This document shows, piece by piece, positions 43,246 through 57,436 of a stretch of DNA of 64,000 bases. The translations under genes and the position numbers were made by a program. Positions within the stretch are counted from its first letter, which is position 1; each line of letters starts with the position of its first letter. A model generated the notes under the pieces. That model saw only the letters and a program-made list of their open reading frames with translations. It was not told the DNA's origin and did not search any database. Source of the DNA: Eledone cirrhosa (taxonomy: Eukaryota); contig OZ024743.1 in the NCBI GenBank assembly GCA_964016885.1, positions 682,001 to 746,000 on the forward strand, written 5' to 3'.

Positions 43246-43731
43246 GTGGTGGTGGTGGTGGCTCTGCATGGTACTGTTGAAGTCTCGCAGTCGAATGTTA
43301 TGAATTCACTGAAAATCTTTGTTAATTATCTAAAAACATAAATACAATTAAACAAAAAAATACACATAAATATGCAAATAAATAAGTGGAGTACGCCTCG
43401 TGGTATGTTTGCTTGCTCCCTTGCTTGCTTACAAATATTTCTTCTTGAGAAGATAAACATTTATTGTACAGGACATTGACAGAATGAAAGCTAATGTAGA
43501 CATAGAACTAGGAAAGAAGGGAGAGCGAGAGGAACAGATGTACAGAAGGAGATATATGGGGAGACGTACTGGGGTAGACTAGACAGACTGAAAACAGAGA
43601 AGAAAAGAATGACGGGAGTGAGAGAGACTGTGTGATAGTAGTATCTATGTATCTATCTCTGTCGGTCCATCCTCTCTCTTTCTATTCCTCCTTACACTCT
43701 GTCTCTCTCATTGTCAATATATATATGTATG

Positions 43732-43811
<80 letters not shown>

Positions 43812-43813
<2 letters not shown>

Positions 43814-44068
43814 AATATAAATTAATAAAAACAATGAATAAAAACAAAAAACAGTTCCTTATATTTAAAAATTCCTCATTTTACGATCGTTTCTAGGATA
43901 TATATGTGTGTGTTAGTATGTATATCATATAGATCTACAAACTATCAGAGGAAATATACATACCTACACATATATATGCTGTCTTCAGAAATAATTAATT
44001 ACAAATAATTGATTACATTGAGTTCTTCATACGGATTGGACACTACCGTATATTTTGGTAGATTTATC

Positions 44069-44072
<4 letters not shown>
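43812..44072. mobile_element. Rearranged 3'-end remnant of the 18053-20010 PLE
   Basis: Direct match to 18190-18385, then inverted match to 18053-18113. Confidence 0.78.
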
Positions 44073-44124
<52 letters not shown>

Positions 44125-44496
44125 TACTTTGGGAGTGTCATGTTGCCAATAAGAAACACACGCACCAGTTGCTTTCACTTCAATTTATTATAATAAATTA
44201 AATTTATAAATTTCCGGTTGGTTGGTTCCACAACCAGATGATTGTTCATATATTGTCAAAGTTCTTTCGTCACACATTCTGTGAACTCTTCAGTGACTGG
44301 GGATTCTTTTCTTTGTTTTTGTGCCTCTCCTTTGTTCTGTCCTACGCCATCTTGTTTTTGTGTGTGTTGTGTGCTTAGTTTGCGCATGTGTTACATCCGG
44401 GTGTCTGTGTATGTTGATATTTGTTTATTTATTTGTTTATTTACATGTTACTGGTTGCTTGTTTGTTCTATGTGTGTGTGTGTTTTCATTTTGTCC

Positions 44497-46207
44497 TTAA
44501 TTGTAAGTTGTGATGTTGCTGTCCCATTCATGTTTTCTATTTAATTTTGGTTGGAGTTCATTTATGTTTATTGCCTCTGTGATTTGTCTAAACATTGCGT
44601 CTTTTCTGTGTGTAGATTCTATTTTTATTTCTATGTTCTCTAATTTACCCTTATGTTCTATTTTAGCATGTTGATAGAGTACAGATGATTCTTTACTATC
44701 TTGACGCTCTCGCCAGTGTTCATTTATCCGATCCCCTATACTACGAGCTGTCTCACCTATGTACACTATATTCTTATCTCTACATTGTCCTTCAGTACAT
44801 CTTATGCTATATACTACATTTCTAGTTTTACAGTTAATATGGGGGCTTAATTTACAGATTATACATTTCTTATCTATACAGGGAGGTCTTTGAAAAGGGT
44901 ATGTATTGCTAATAAATGTTTTTATGGAGCTACCTGGTCTTTCTACTATCTTAATATTGAGTTTATGTTTATCTAGGGCCCTTCTAAATTTGTAAGCTAA
45001 TTCACCTCTAGGGGTTGTATCGATGAACATTACACTCTGGTATTTATTGCTATCATACCATGAGTTTATTCTATTAACCTTATTCCTAGTTCTTTCTATT
45101 CTATTCCAAAATTTGCTCCTATACAAGAGGCAGGTCCCATTTGTATCATTATTTACCATTTTCTCCTATTTGGTTCTGGCTCCTCTATATACTCTGATTT
45201 TATCTCTCTGATTTTAACCAGAGAACTGCATACGGTGGATGAAGGGTTGTATGTGTCTCTCTAGTTCTTCGGGGTTGCACATGCGGGACACATTTCTCAT
45301 CACCCGTACCAAATCCGCAATCAGTATGTTGATTTTGGTATGGTCCGAAACAGCTGAGTTTTGGTGGATCAGATATTTGGAAGTCAAGGGTTTGGCATAA
45401 TGGGAATGGAGGATTTGTTTTTATTTATTAATTGTTTCTACTTTAGGCACAAGGCCAGCAATTATCCAGTGCATTACTGGTACTTTATTTTATCGACCCC
45501 GTAAGGATGAAAGGCAAAGTCAACCTCGGCGGGATTTGAACTCAGATCGTAAAGGGACGTAACTATGCTGGAAAGCATGGCGTCCGACCCTCTACCGATA
45601 CTGCCAATCCACCGCCGTTTTTATTAATGGTATCTAACCAGAGCTCTGTGTCCAGTACAGGTAATCGATGGCTGGAGTCTTTGCTTGGGTAGTCTATAGT
45701 AACTCTAATACTGTGGTGGATGGAGTTAGCTATTTGCTGGATACTTTCCATGGTGTTTTTCTCTAATTCCTGACTGTTCTCTAGTGGGGGTGTTTTTACT
45801 ACGATGTTTATATCATCAACGTAGCGGGAGTACATTATCAGGGTTAAGGGGTTGCTGTCGTCTAATTGTTCTTTAAGTTTAAGTTTAAGTCTATTGTCCC
45901 ACCATACCATGAATAGGTTAGCTATGTCACCTGCAATGCTAACACCAATGGCTGCTCCCTCTTCTTGGGCATATGTTTTTCCATTAAATTTGAACATATG
46001 TTCCTTAAGGGTTAATTTTAAACTGGCCCCCACCGCATGTGCAATCATTTTCTTTAGTTCATCGTGGTTTTCAGGCTCCGTATGACTCTGCTCCACCCGT
46101 TCGATCTATCTGTGTGGGTTTTCTTGGCCATTGAGGTAATGGTAGGTGGTCTGCCTCTTGCTGGTCTTGTAGGGCACAGGTTGCTATGTCCTTAGCAAAC
46201 TGTGCTC
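44497..46207 (-). pseudogene. PLE RT + GIY-YIG ORF, 5'-truncated, interrupted by a SINE and stops
   Basis: ORFs 45563-46096 and 44497-45159. Confidence 0.9.
45430..45617 (-). mobile_element. Main-family SINE inserted in the left PLE arm
   Basis: Absent from the right arm; tttatta on both sides is a probable TSD. Confidence 0.9.
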
Positions 46208-46254
46208 TACAAGACCACACAGATAGATGGAACATACCATACTCTGATTTTATA

Positions 46255-47684
46255 AGAAAACCCACACAGATGATGGAACGGGTGGACCAGAGCCATACGG
46301 ACCCCCGAAAACCACGATGAACTAAAGAAAATGATTGCACATGCGGTGGGGGCCAGTATAAAATTAACCCTTAAGGAACATATGTTCAAATTTAATGGAA
46401 AAAAATATGCCCAAGAGGAGGGAGCAGCCATTGGTGTTAGCATTGCAGGTGACATAGCTAACCTATTCATGGTATGGTGGGACAATAGAATTAAACTTAA
46501 ACTTAAAGAACAATTAGAAGACAGCAACCCTTTAACCTTGATAATGTACTCCCGCTACGTTGATGATATAAACATCGTAGTTAAGACACCCCCACTAGAG
46601 AACAGTCAGGAATTAGAGAAAAACACCATGGAAAGTATCTAGCAAATAGCTAACTCCATCCACCAGAGCATTAGAGTTACTATAGACTACCCAAGTAGAC
46701 ACCACAACCATCGATTACCTGTACTGGACACAGAGCTCTGGTTAGAAAACATTAATAACAAAAAACAAATCCTCCATTCCCATTACGCCAAACCCATGAC
46801 TTCCAAATATCTGATCCACCAAAACTCAGCTGTTTCGGACCATACCAAAATCAACATACTGATTGCGGATTTGGTACGGGTGATAAGAAACGTGTCCCGC
46901 ATGTGCAACCCCAAAGAACTAGAGAGACACATACAACACTTCATCCACCGTATGCAGTTCTCTGGCTACAATCAGAGAGATAAAATCAGAGTATATAGAG
47001 GAGCCAGAACCAAATGGGAAAAAATGGTAAATAATGACACAAATGGGACCTGCCCCTTGTATAGGAGCAAATTTTGGAATAGAATAGAAAGAACTAGGAA
47101 TAAGATTAATAGAATAAACTCATGGTATGATAGCAATAAATACCAGAGTGTAATGTTCATCGATACAACCCCTAGAGGTGAATTAGCTTACAAATTTAGA
47201 AGGGCCCTAGATAAACATAAACTCAATATTAAGATAGTAGAAAGACCAGATACCTCCATAAAAACATTTATTAGCAATACATACCCTATTCAAAGACCTC
47301 CCTGTATGGATAAAAATGTATAATCTGTAAATTAAGCCGCCATATTAACTGTAAAACTAGAAATGTAGTATATAGCATAAGATGTACTGAAGGACAATGT
47401 AGAGATAAGAATATAGTGTACATAGGTGAGACAGCTCGTTGTATAGGGGAACGAATAAATGAACACTGGCGAGAGTTTCAAGATAGTAAAGAATCATCTG
47501 TACTCTATCAACATGCTAAAATATAACATAAGGGTAAATTAGAGAACATAGAAATAAAAATAGAATCTACACACAGAAAAGACGCAATGTTTAGACAAAT
47601 CACAGAGGCAATAAACATAAATAAACTCCAACCAAAATTAAATAGAAACATGAATGGCACAGCAACATCACAACTTACAATTAA
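46255..47684 (+). pseudogene. PLE RT + GIY-YIG ORF (right arm) with a stop and frameshifts
   Basis: ORFs 46331-46642 and 46796-47323, with GIY-YIG continuing after a frameshift. Confidence 0.9.
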
Positions 47685-47882
47685 GGACAAAATGAAAACA
47701 CACACACACATAGTACAAACAAGCAACCAGTAACATGTAAATAAACAAATAAATAAACAAATATAAACACACACAGACACCCGGATGTAACACATGCGCA
47801 AACTAAGCACACAACACACACAAAAACAAGATGGCGTAGGACAGAACAAAGGAGAGACACAAAAACAAAGAAAAAAATCCCA

Positions 47883-47925
47883 GTCACTGAAGAGGTCACA
47901 GAATGTGTGACGAAAGAACTTTGAC
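47883..47925 (+). ncRNA. Minimal HHR motif in the PLE 3'UTR (mutated mirror copy at about 44254-44298 -)
   Basis: GTCA-CTGAAGA-G-GTCACA gaatg TGTGAC-GAAA-GAAC-TT-TGAC. Confidence 0.65.
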
Positions 47926-48140
47926 AATATATGAACAATCATCTGGTTGTGGAACCAACCAACCAACCGGAAATTTATGAATTCCTAAATTTATAAATTT
48001 AATTTATTATAATAAATTGAAGTGAAAGCAACTGGTGCGTGTGTTTCTTATTGGCAACATGACCCTCCCAAAGTATAACAATATCGGTTTCAACACACGT
48101 TTTCAGATAAAGAATCTTGCTAAACAAATTCAGAAACGAA

Positions 48141-48194
<54 letters not shown>

Positions 48195-48196
<2 letters not shown>

Positions 48197-48531
48197 TGCG
48201 TCTCCAACAGAACAGTGTCTGTCCTTAGGGCATCAACATACGTTAACCTTGGTCTTCCCCTTATAGTGTGTCCATGTAGGAGCTACAAAAGGAGCACTGA
48301 GTGCAATGTCAACTCTGGATGTCGTGAGCATGTCCAGCCAACCTCAGTCTCCTCTGTGCGACTTTTGAGCTGACTTTTGGGATGCTCCCATACAGCTCTG
48401 AGTTTTTCATCCTCAGTGTATACTGATTAATGTTCAGAGCCATCCTCACTATTCTCGTGTAGCAGCGATAATGAGGGACAGAGACCACTGGAGAGAACTC
48501 GTCGATGGATCTCGGAAATTTTACCCGCCTT

Positions 48532-48533
<2 letters not shown>
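48195..48533. mobile_element. RTE-like LINE 3' end with 5' inversion
   Basis: 48195-48462 is minus (CYTRIVRMALNIN..RLAGHAH) and 48460-48533 is plus ([17 protein letters not shown]). Same family as 56771-57192. Confidence 0.82.
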
Positions 48534-48586
<53 letters not shown>

Positions 48587-48609
48587 TATATATACATACA
48601 TATATATAT

Positions 48610-48644
<35 letters not shown>

Positions 48645-49026
48645 TTTACATATATATATACATACACATACATAGACGTGTTTTGCAACTGGTCACTTTT
48701 TTTAAGTGTATTCTATTTTCTCCTAGTTTATTTTAAACCTAATTTTGCTTAGTTGACCGTATCTAGGCGATTACGCTGTCGAAATATTCGATAAATATTC
48801 CACTACGGCCGACGCGAAGCGCTAGTTTCGGTTATTTGTTGGAGATTTCTTCATAGAAGCCTCATTCGTATAGCCTTCTCTATTCGATTTTTTATATAGT
48901 TAATTATGCTAATTGGGAGAGGAAATAGTATATATTTTATCTTGTGATTCTATAGACATGTTTTATGATATATATATATATATATATATATTTATTAATA
49001 TAACAGATTAAAGTTTAAGCAAAGAT

Positions 49027-49345
49027 ATATATATGTGAAGGCGCGTGGCTGAATATATATATATGTATATATGTGAAGGCGCGTGGCTGAATATATATAT
49101 ATGTATATATGTGAAGGCGCGTGGCTGAGGGGTGGTTAGAGAACCCAATTCGATTCCTGGGCCGAGTGATGCGTTATGTCCTTGAGCAAGGCACTTTATT
49201 TCACGTTGCTCCTTCTACCTGGAGTTGCGACCGATAAATAGTATTAGCAACTGGAAAGACCAACGCAAACATTGTTTCCTCGGTCCAATTTGATGAAAGT
49301 CGATCGATGAAAAAAATATATATACATAGAGAGAGAGAGAAATTA

Positions 49346-49388
<43 letters not shown>

Positions 49389-49680
49389 AATAGATAGATA
49401 GACAGATCGATGAATGTGCGTGTGTGTTGGACATCCACCGATTCCGACAATGTGTGTTCCAGTTGTTTGATTAGCGGAATAATCTGAAATTAACATCCAT
49501 GTGGCTGAGTATTCCACAGACACGTGTCGCTTTTATTTATTCGTCTTTGAATTTCAGTTTGACACAGCTTGTACTAACCTTGGCCCTTCGAATTACAGGT
49601 ACAACTCAGTTTTGTAAGTTGAGTGGACTGGAGCAACATCGAATACTGAGTTTTGCTTAAGGAGACAACGCAACATTTAA
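49027..49680. mobile_element. Second-family SINE fragments (about 49113-49215 +, about 49440-49680 -) with a triplicated 5' end
   Basis: atatatgtgaaggcgcgtggctga occurs three times at a 38-bp period; gtccttgagcaaggcactttatttcacgttgctcc is present. Confidence 0.65.
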
Positions 49681-49874
49681 TTCACGTCTATGTATGTATA
49701 TGTATGCTACATGCAACAAAATAGGCTTTACATAAATATTTGTTATCACTGGCGGTTCATCTTACTGAGGTGTCAACTAATGCCCTTTGGGGTAAACCAA
49801 AAACCATTAATCTGGATACCTAAATATGAAATGTTACCCGATGCTCCCCCCCCCCCCCCCCCCCCACGCACACA

Positions 49875-50070
49875 CAGCCCCGGCGGACAGAATGGAGAAG
49901 GCGTTCCCACGGAGGACGGGAAGGGAGACGCGCTGGAAAAGCCACTCCAACTCGCGGGGTTCACATCTGCGGCTGGCCAGCTCAGCGCCTATGCTGGTGA
50001 ATAGGGAGGTAGCCCTGGGGTCGAGGACACCAGAAGTCTCCACTGCCAGGGGTACAAACGTCAATTCACA
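49875..50070 (-). pseudogene. 3' end of a CRE-like (RLE) non-LTR retrotransposon ORF
   Basis: FVPLAVETSGVL..LFQRVSLPVLRGNA matches the FxPxAxETxG..QRxSxxxxRGNA C-terminal signature. Confidence 0.75.
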
Positions 50071-50227
50071 TCTTTAGGATCGGGATTCGAACACACAATC
50101 ACCGAGTCACGAGCAGTCACATACACACACACGCATACATACAGCCATACATACATATACACACACATAGAGTATATATACACATGTACACATTCTCATA
50201 CACATGCGCGCTCATATATATATATAT

Positions 50228-50263
<36 letters not shown>

Positions 50264-50949
50264 TCAGATGTATGTATGAGAAAAGGAAATGATAAATAAA
50301 TAGACACAAAAAATGCAAATCCCGAGAGAAGAGAAAGACATGTAATGAAAGTTATTTCCCTTAAGAGATGAGTTATATGGACATTTTTTCAATAATCGTT
50401 TCAACAATGTAAAAGCAAATCTGCTACACTGACTAACGAAGCTGAAGTCCGTGCTCGTTTTCTCTTCAAATATCTTTTGACACTAAAGTACATTATAGAC
50501 ATTTTAACCAGACAGGAAATAACGCTTGCGCGAAATTTCAGGAGAATCACACAGAATATTTTTTCAATTTTTTTTTTTGCGGGGTAACATGTTTTTAAAA
50601 TTTTTTTTTTATGTCGAGCATGGAAGGACAGTGCCTACGACTATTTTTGGCGTCTCTGATACTGGGAGAAAATGAGATGACTTTAACTTCAAACAGGAAA
50701 CTTGACCCGAAAGTTTGCACCAGTGTGGACTCCTGTAAAGTCTACAAAGGGTCAGATAATGGTGCTAAACGACGGATTAAGTCTAACAGTTAAATAGGGC
50801 ACCGTGGGATTTCAACACAAAACGCAATGAGCTGCTATAAATACGACAAAGCCGCACATCCTATGCTCTAACAATTAGGGATATCGATGGCTCTTGCATT
50901 GTATTAGTAAACTTCATCAAATATTTTATAAGTTCTAGTACTTTTCACT

Positions 50950-52850
50950 AGTTTAGCTCTATCTGGTCTGGATTGTTCCAGTTCCTTGTCTGTCTGGATT
51001 TTCATGTCCTCTAAAATCTTCGAAGACTTTGTAGTTTTATATTACGTGGTTTATACAAATGTCAGTGTGTAACTGATTCAATTTATTCGTGCTTGTATAG
51101 ATTCTCACTAGGTTCTTACATGTTCCTTCTAAGTGGGCTATGTTCTCTTTCCTTTCGTCATATAATTGTTTCTACTTTCGGCACAAGGCCAGCAATTATC
51201 CCAGTGCATTACTGGTACTTTATTTTATCGACCCCGTAAGGATGAAAGGCAAAGTTAACCTAGGCAGGATTTGAACTCAGAATGGCAAGCGCCGTAACTC
51301 TATGCATCAAAGCATGGCGTCCAACCCTCTACCGATACTTTTCGTCATATAATGACCATAGTATATATATATACTGTTCTGATCCCTCGTATCCCTTGGC
51401 CTGTACTTAGGCTGCAATTACAACATCTTCTGTGGCATTCTTTGAATCACCCATCCAAAATTCCATTATTTCTAAATGCGGTGTTTTTAAAAAAAAATCC
51501 ATGAGTTTTCTTTTCTTTCACCCCCCCCCCCCCCCTCCGCTTTCTATCCTATCTTCTTTCTCTTTTGACGGCGTTTATTGTTCGTTCTTTTTTCTCAGCT
51601 CTTAACATATATTCTTTACTTTCTATACTGATCTGACCTCTTTGTCCATCACATCATTGTATGAACCTTCTTGTATCACTGGCACCTCTGAGTGAAACAA
51701 TTGCCAGCAACATTCTAATTTTCATAACAATATCTCGTATTTCATGAGTGTTCCAGTTAATGATAGCGGTACAGTATCGAAAGATCGAACATCATGTAAA
51801 TTAATAGCTGTGATGACATTTTTACTAATCAGGTGACATTTTGATATTTTCTTCGCACTTCTTAAATATCTATTTTTTAATCTTTTATGCTGTCAGCTTC
51901 TAAATATTTCTAACCAATTTTCCCATCTATTTGCTTAATTTTTTCACTTTTCTTTTTGTCATTTCCGATTACATCAGAGTGAGAAACGTATCTGTAGGAA
52001 ACTTAATTCCTCTTATCTCTGACAATTTGCCTACTTTCGAAAGTACAGACTTCTAAATTCTGAATTAGTGTCAAATTATTTCTGGGTTATGGCGAATAGT
52101 TCTAAGTCGTCCATGAATAATAGGGTTGGGATGCAGTGTTGTTTACCTTGCTCTAATTTATATCCTACTTTCACCTTTCTTAAAATTTTAGTCCTAAGGA
52201 TAAGCCTGATTGTAAATGGTAAAAGTAATAATCTATCCTTTTTGAATATTCATCTCTCTATTGCAACTTGTCCAAATTTCTTCCCGCCTGTTTTGAATTG
52301 TTTCCTAGTGGCCCATACCGTTTCTGAGGAATTTCGTATTATCGGCTCTTTTAAATATATCTAATCATATGACGATCCGCGATTGAGAGATCCTATCATT
52401 GTTTTGTTTTTATATAATCAATTCAACCCATATCTAACCCTTCAAGTTTTTATTACAGATTCGTATTATTGTTTTGTCCACGTGGATGTGATATTTTGTT
52501 TCAATTCTGCTTTCAACAGCATGGCGGTATTTGAATATTAGTAGAATTTTCAATATTTCATGCTGTTGGGTCTATAGTTGTTTACTATTCTTTCGGTAAA
52601 ATTATTGTTGTTCCTTTGCTTGACGAGATAGGAACAGTATTAGAGTCAAGGCTTTCTTCTACTATTCATGCCATTCACAGATGTAGGGACGTCAAGTTCA
52701 CAATCAAATAAACGCGAATAGATGTGGGCCTTTTGAAATCATTTTAGCTTGGTTTCGGAGAATGTCTACTTTCTGAGTGCTTTTGTTTATCGCCTCTGTT
52801 ATTCACCTCCTTCTACGTTCAAAATCCAAACTGCCTGTCCATTATGTAAC
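50950..52850 (-). pseudogene. Old decayed R4/Dong-like LINE (RT to RLE), with a SINE inserted at 51164-51338
   Basis: NYRPTAC, G*IDYIK, IFKKDRL..ILRKVKVGYKL..LLFMDDLELFA, TEDVVIAA*VQA and IQTDKELEQSRPD. Confidence 0.75.
51164..51338 (-). mobile_element. SINE (main family)
   Basis: Match to family; ttttcgtcatataat on both sides looks like a TSD. Confidence 0.87.
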
Positions 52851-53887
52851 ACATTTGTGTCCCATATACCTTAGCAAATCACTTACGTCTTGTTAGTTTC
52901 TGGAATAACATCATGTCTCTGTTTTATTGGTACTGGTGTTTTCAAATAGCTTTCGAGGTTACCCGCACCTCGTCTCATGCATCAGAATATGTATCAGTGA
53001 AATACTAAGTTAATACTCAGGGGAATTGGTATTGATATGGGACCCTAGCTTCCTTTTAGATATGTAGAGTAATAGAGATGTGTGGCAAGCGCTAAGTTCA
53101 CACAGAAACACATGTCTAGGTAGTCAGGGGAATTACAAATACTCATGACACATCAACAACATAGAGTCATTCCAGCTCTATGTTCCCCCATGGAGCCGAA
53201 TAGAAAGCCAATATATTATACACGTGGCAGTACATTTCACTTGAAAGCTTATTACAGCGAGGATATGAGAGAGAAAAAAACAGAATCGATAACAACTGCA
53301 GGATACGAAGGCTGTCGCTCCAACAGAAGCGCCACTTGCAGCAGAAATTGTATATATTTTATATATTTTCATTTTATATATTTTCATTTTGTATATCACA
53401 AGCCCATTATATAGTCATATCGGTAAAGCGTAAGCCGGGGAATATGAGCAAGTGGTCTAAAGGTGTGAAAAAGCCAACATGTGTACAACAAAATAAATTC
53501 CAGAGTTGTTCGATATATGACAAAATTTCTTCTCAACCAAGTGTTTGAGCTAAGGTTCAAAATAGACGATGAATTATCAATTTGTGAAGGAAAAATAGTG
53601 TCAGAGTACAGGAAACACTCAGAAGATAGACACTTGGCGAAAATTCATCAGAAACTTATTAAAAACTTACTTATATGAGTCCCTAGTGTCCGCGCATTGC
53701 CTGGGAACTTAGCTGAGAATAGACTACCTGTTGACGTAATGAATTCTCGATGGTTACATTGCGTAACTATCTTTATCCCATTACAGAAACTAATTAGTTG
53801 GAGTGAAAATTTTAGTAAGTAAGTTAATTTTTAATTTTTAAAATTTTCTTAATTTACGTCTTTCATATATATATATATATATATATA

Positions 53888-54021
53888 TAACGAAGGAAAT
53901 GTGGTAAGGAACCAGATGGACCATAACGCACCAAAGTACTCAATACTTAGAGTAGTAGAGTGGGTAATGGGAACAAGTATGACCCCAACGGCAGAGCTCT
54001 GCCGTCGGGGTCATACTTGTT

Positions 54022-54027
<6 letters not shown>
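53888..54027. mobile_element. Short PLE-like end (family of 6424-6617) folding back at GAGCTC
   Basis: ggaacaagtatgacccc.acggcagagctctgccgtcggggtcatacttgttcc hairpin plus tail. Confidence 0.72.
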
Positions 54028-54071
<44 letters not shown>

Positions 54072-54073
<2 letters not shown>

Positions 54074-54341
54074 GTGGTCTACCTTTCGTGGTAGAGTCCC
54101 TACTATAGTTATAACTTAATGTAATTCGTTAGCAAATAATTCAGTGAAACCCAGAGATTTGTTCCATGTTTCGTTGAGTCAATCCTTCAAGTACAGAGTC
54201 TGATATATTAGATATTAGTATAACAATGATAATAATATCAAAGGCAAATTATTTTACACTAAAATAACTTGCCTTTGTTATCATTATCATTGTTAAACTA
54301 ATATCTAATATATCAGACCATGTACTTGAAGGATTGACTCA

Positions 54342-54345
<4 letters not shown>
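54072..54345. repeat. Fold-back element between (TA)n runs (palindrome about 54176-54340)
   Basis: gagtcaatccttcaagtaca..tgtacttgaaggattgactc. A decayed HHR-like GAAA-CATG lies on the minus strand. Confidence 0.7.
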
Positions 54346-54394
<49 letters not shown>

Positions 54395-55464
54395 TACACG
54401 TACACACACACATACACATGTGTGTGTATGTATATATGTATGTTTGTACACAAGTACGTTTGAATATTTGGGCAAACATACGTGTGTGTAATATGTTATA
54501 TGTGTAGTTGAATAATTAGCTCAATTCTGACAGTTGGTATGTCACACTCGAATTGGATTCCCTTTTCATCTCTTAGAATTGAAAAGAAAGAGCATAGTGT
54601 TTTTTCTTTGCCACCACGGAACTTAACGACACGTAAACAATAGTTTGGAAAGGTTTTGACATACGTTATTTAGTATTCCGTCACGTCACAGTGATAAACG
54701 GTATACAGGGGCGGTGGAACTGGGAGAGCCAGGGGATACCCTCCACCCCATTATTATATTTTTCTCCCCAAACTAGCAAAACACACATCTATTTGTATAT
54801 GCATTACAATTTATGTACATGTGATGTTTATCATATATCGACGTTTTTTTTTATATCTCGGTAGATATTTGATAATAACAGCTAAACTAGTCAACACAGC
54901 TAAATTGACCAAATTGCACCCCACACACATACAATTCAGAAATGTTTTCACCGCCCGTGGTATATGATGGACATTTGTATGTAATCGGATGAATCGAACT
55001 CCAGAGAAGGGTTTGTAAGACAAATTAAATGCCGGGAGGAATAGAACTAAAGATAGATTGGTGCGTATGTAAATATCATCACACATATGCCACTGTGTCT
55101 GACCTTAAACACACTGAATAATTATTTAAGCACAGAACTTTAATTTTACGAATCTCATTTTCTCGGAGAAATTAAGTATTTATAATATCAACGCAGTATA
55201 TTTTATCTTTATTGATTCCTTTATGTGTGAGTGGCAAATCTGACTTCGGCCGAGCCAGAACATAAAGACAAGGGATCTTGTTCAATGCTCTATCATTTTT
55301 CACCGTCCTGAATAATTATATTAATAATCCTATGTTGATCAAATACATTCCTGTCCCTTCATTTTCCTATATACAGAAAGCGCAGGGGAGCCGACCACAT
55401 AATGGCTCCTTATTAGTAGTGACGATGATCCAGCAGATGGATATTCAAAGGCATTTCATATTAA

Positions 55465-55652
55465 GGGCGGTGGATTGGCAGTATCGGTAGATTGTCGGAC
55501 GCCATGCTTTGCAGCAAAGAGTTACGGCCTTTTATGGTCTGAGTTCAAATCCCGCCGAGGTTAACTTTGCCTTTCATCCTTACGGGGTTGATGAAATAAA
55601 GTACCAGAATGCACTGGCATAATTGCTGGCATTGTGCCAAAAGTGGAAATAC
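55465..55652 (+). mobile_element. SINE (main family), full length
   Basis: ggcggtggattggcagtatcggtag..gagttcaaatcccgccgagg. Confidence 0.88.
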
Positions 55653-56770
55653 TTATTTCTTCTTTTTCAAATACATTATGTTGAACACTACAATATAATC
55701 CACGCCCTTTTTTTTTCAGGACAACTGTAGATAATTGGAGATATATTTGGTTAGTATTTGTAGCTTATTAATAGTGTAGAATGACATACGTAGGATACTT
55801 ATTATTCTGTGTTAGTAGAAATTATAAAGTAGTGAACGATTTTAAGTCCACAGTTTTCGGGAAAGTTCGTCTGGATCAAATTGAAACGAGTATGTGACTG
55901 GCACTTACTTTTATCGAACCTGAAAAGATGCGAAACATAGTTGATCTCGGATATATTTGAACTAAGACAGTAGAACGTAATGATATGTCATCTGACTTTT
56001 ACCTCTACACTATGTTGCTTCTGAAAATCTGCCATCCACATAAGGTTAAAAATTATGCGAAACTCTGCTCAATTATGTCCATAATTTTAAGTCTTATTAC
56101 GCGTAGTTCTATTTTTCTTTTAAACCGTGTGAGTGTCTCAAAAGTAGCCTACTTTGTTACAGTATTTCATGCTAGGTTTCCGGTCTGGGGATAACTTCCT
56201 GTCCAACATCCAGCAGTCTTAGAGGTTTAAAAAATGTTAATTGACATTGCCATTACGCATCTGATAAAAAGATAAATAAAAACGAAAAAAAAAAAAAATT
56301 CCTTACGCAGAACAACGGCCAGTGATTTGGAAATCTCTGCACATTCACAGAGACGAGAATTTACTGAATTTAAAGAATGTAGGTCAGCTGTAATATTTTT
56401 TCCACAATAACGCTGGGTTCACAGGAATTTTCTTTCATTTATTGCTTACTGGCAAAATTGGTCACTGGGGCATCACCAGCGACGTTGTGTTGATTTCTTA
56501 AGTGGGAGGCGAATCAGTGTGAGTAACGACGTAATCGTTCTATGCCTTTGAAGACTGTACATATCAGGAATAGGTGAAGTGAAATTGCTCAATCTCCATT
56601 ACAATTTCAATGAAGCGCAAGCTTTCTGTACCACAGGACAATGCACATCACATACAAGAAAATGCATGGATGAGATCCCAACTGCTACAAATCACACCTT
56701 ACTGTTTAAAAAGTAAAAACACATGTTGAATAATTTAGTTATACACACACACACACACATATCTATCTAT

Positions 56771-57436
<666 letters not shown>

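Larger units (their letters stand above)
44120..48143. mobile_element. Penelope-like element as a ~4-kb head-to-head inverted pair (left arm -, right arm +) in (TA)n
   Basis: Both arms carry RT (GAAIGVSIAGDIANLFM, YSRYVDDI), thumb and GIY-YIG (NVVYSIRC..YIGETAR..RINEH). The junction lies at about 46200-46255. Confidence 0.93.

Noticed and set aside
48080-48140. Antisense HHR in the PLE tail (CTGAAAA..GAAACCGATA)
   Set aside because: The core deviates (C3 with A8), stem I does not pair, and the motif varies among copies.
54707-55094. hAT-like MITE (CAGGGGC...GCCACTG)
   Set aside because: The TIR match is very short and there is no 8-bp TSD.
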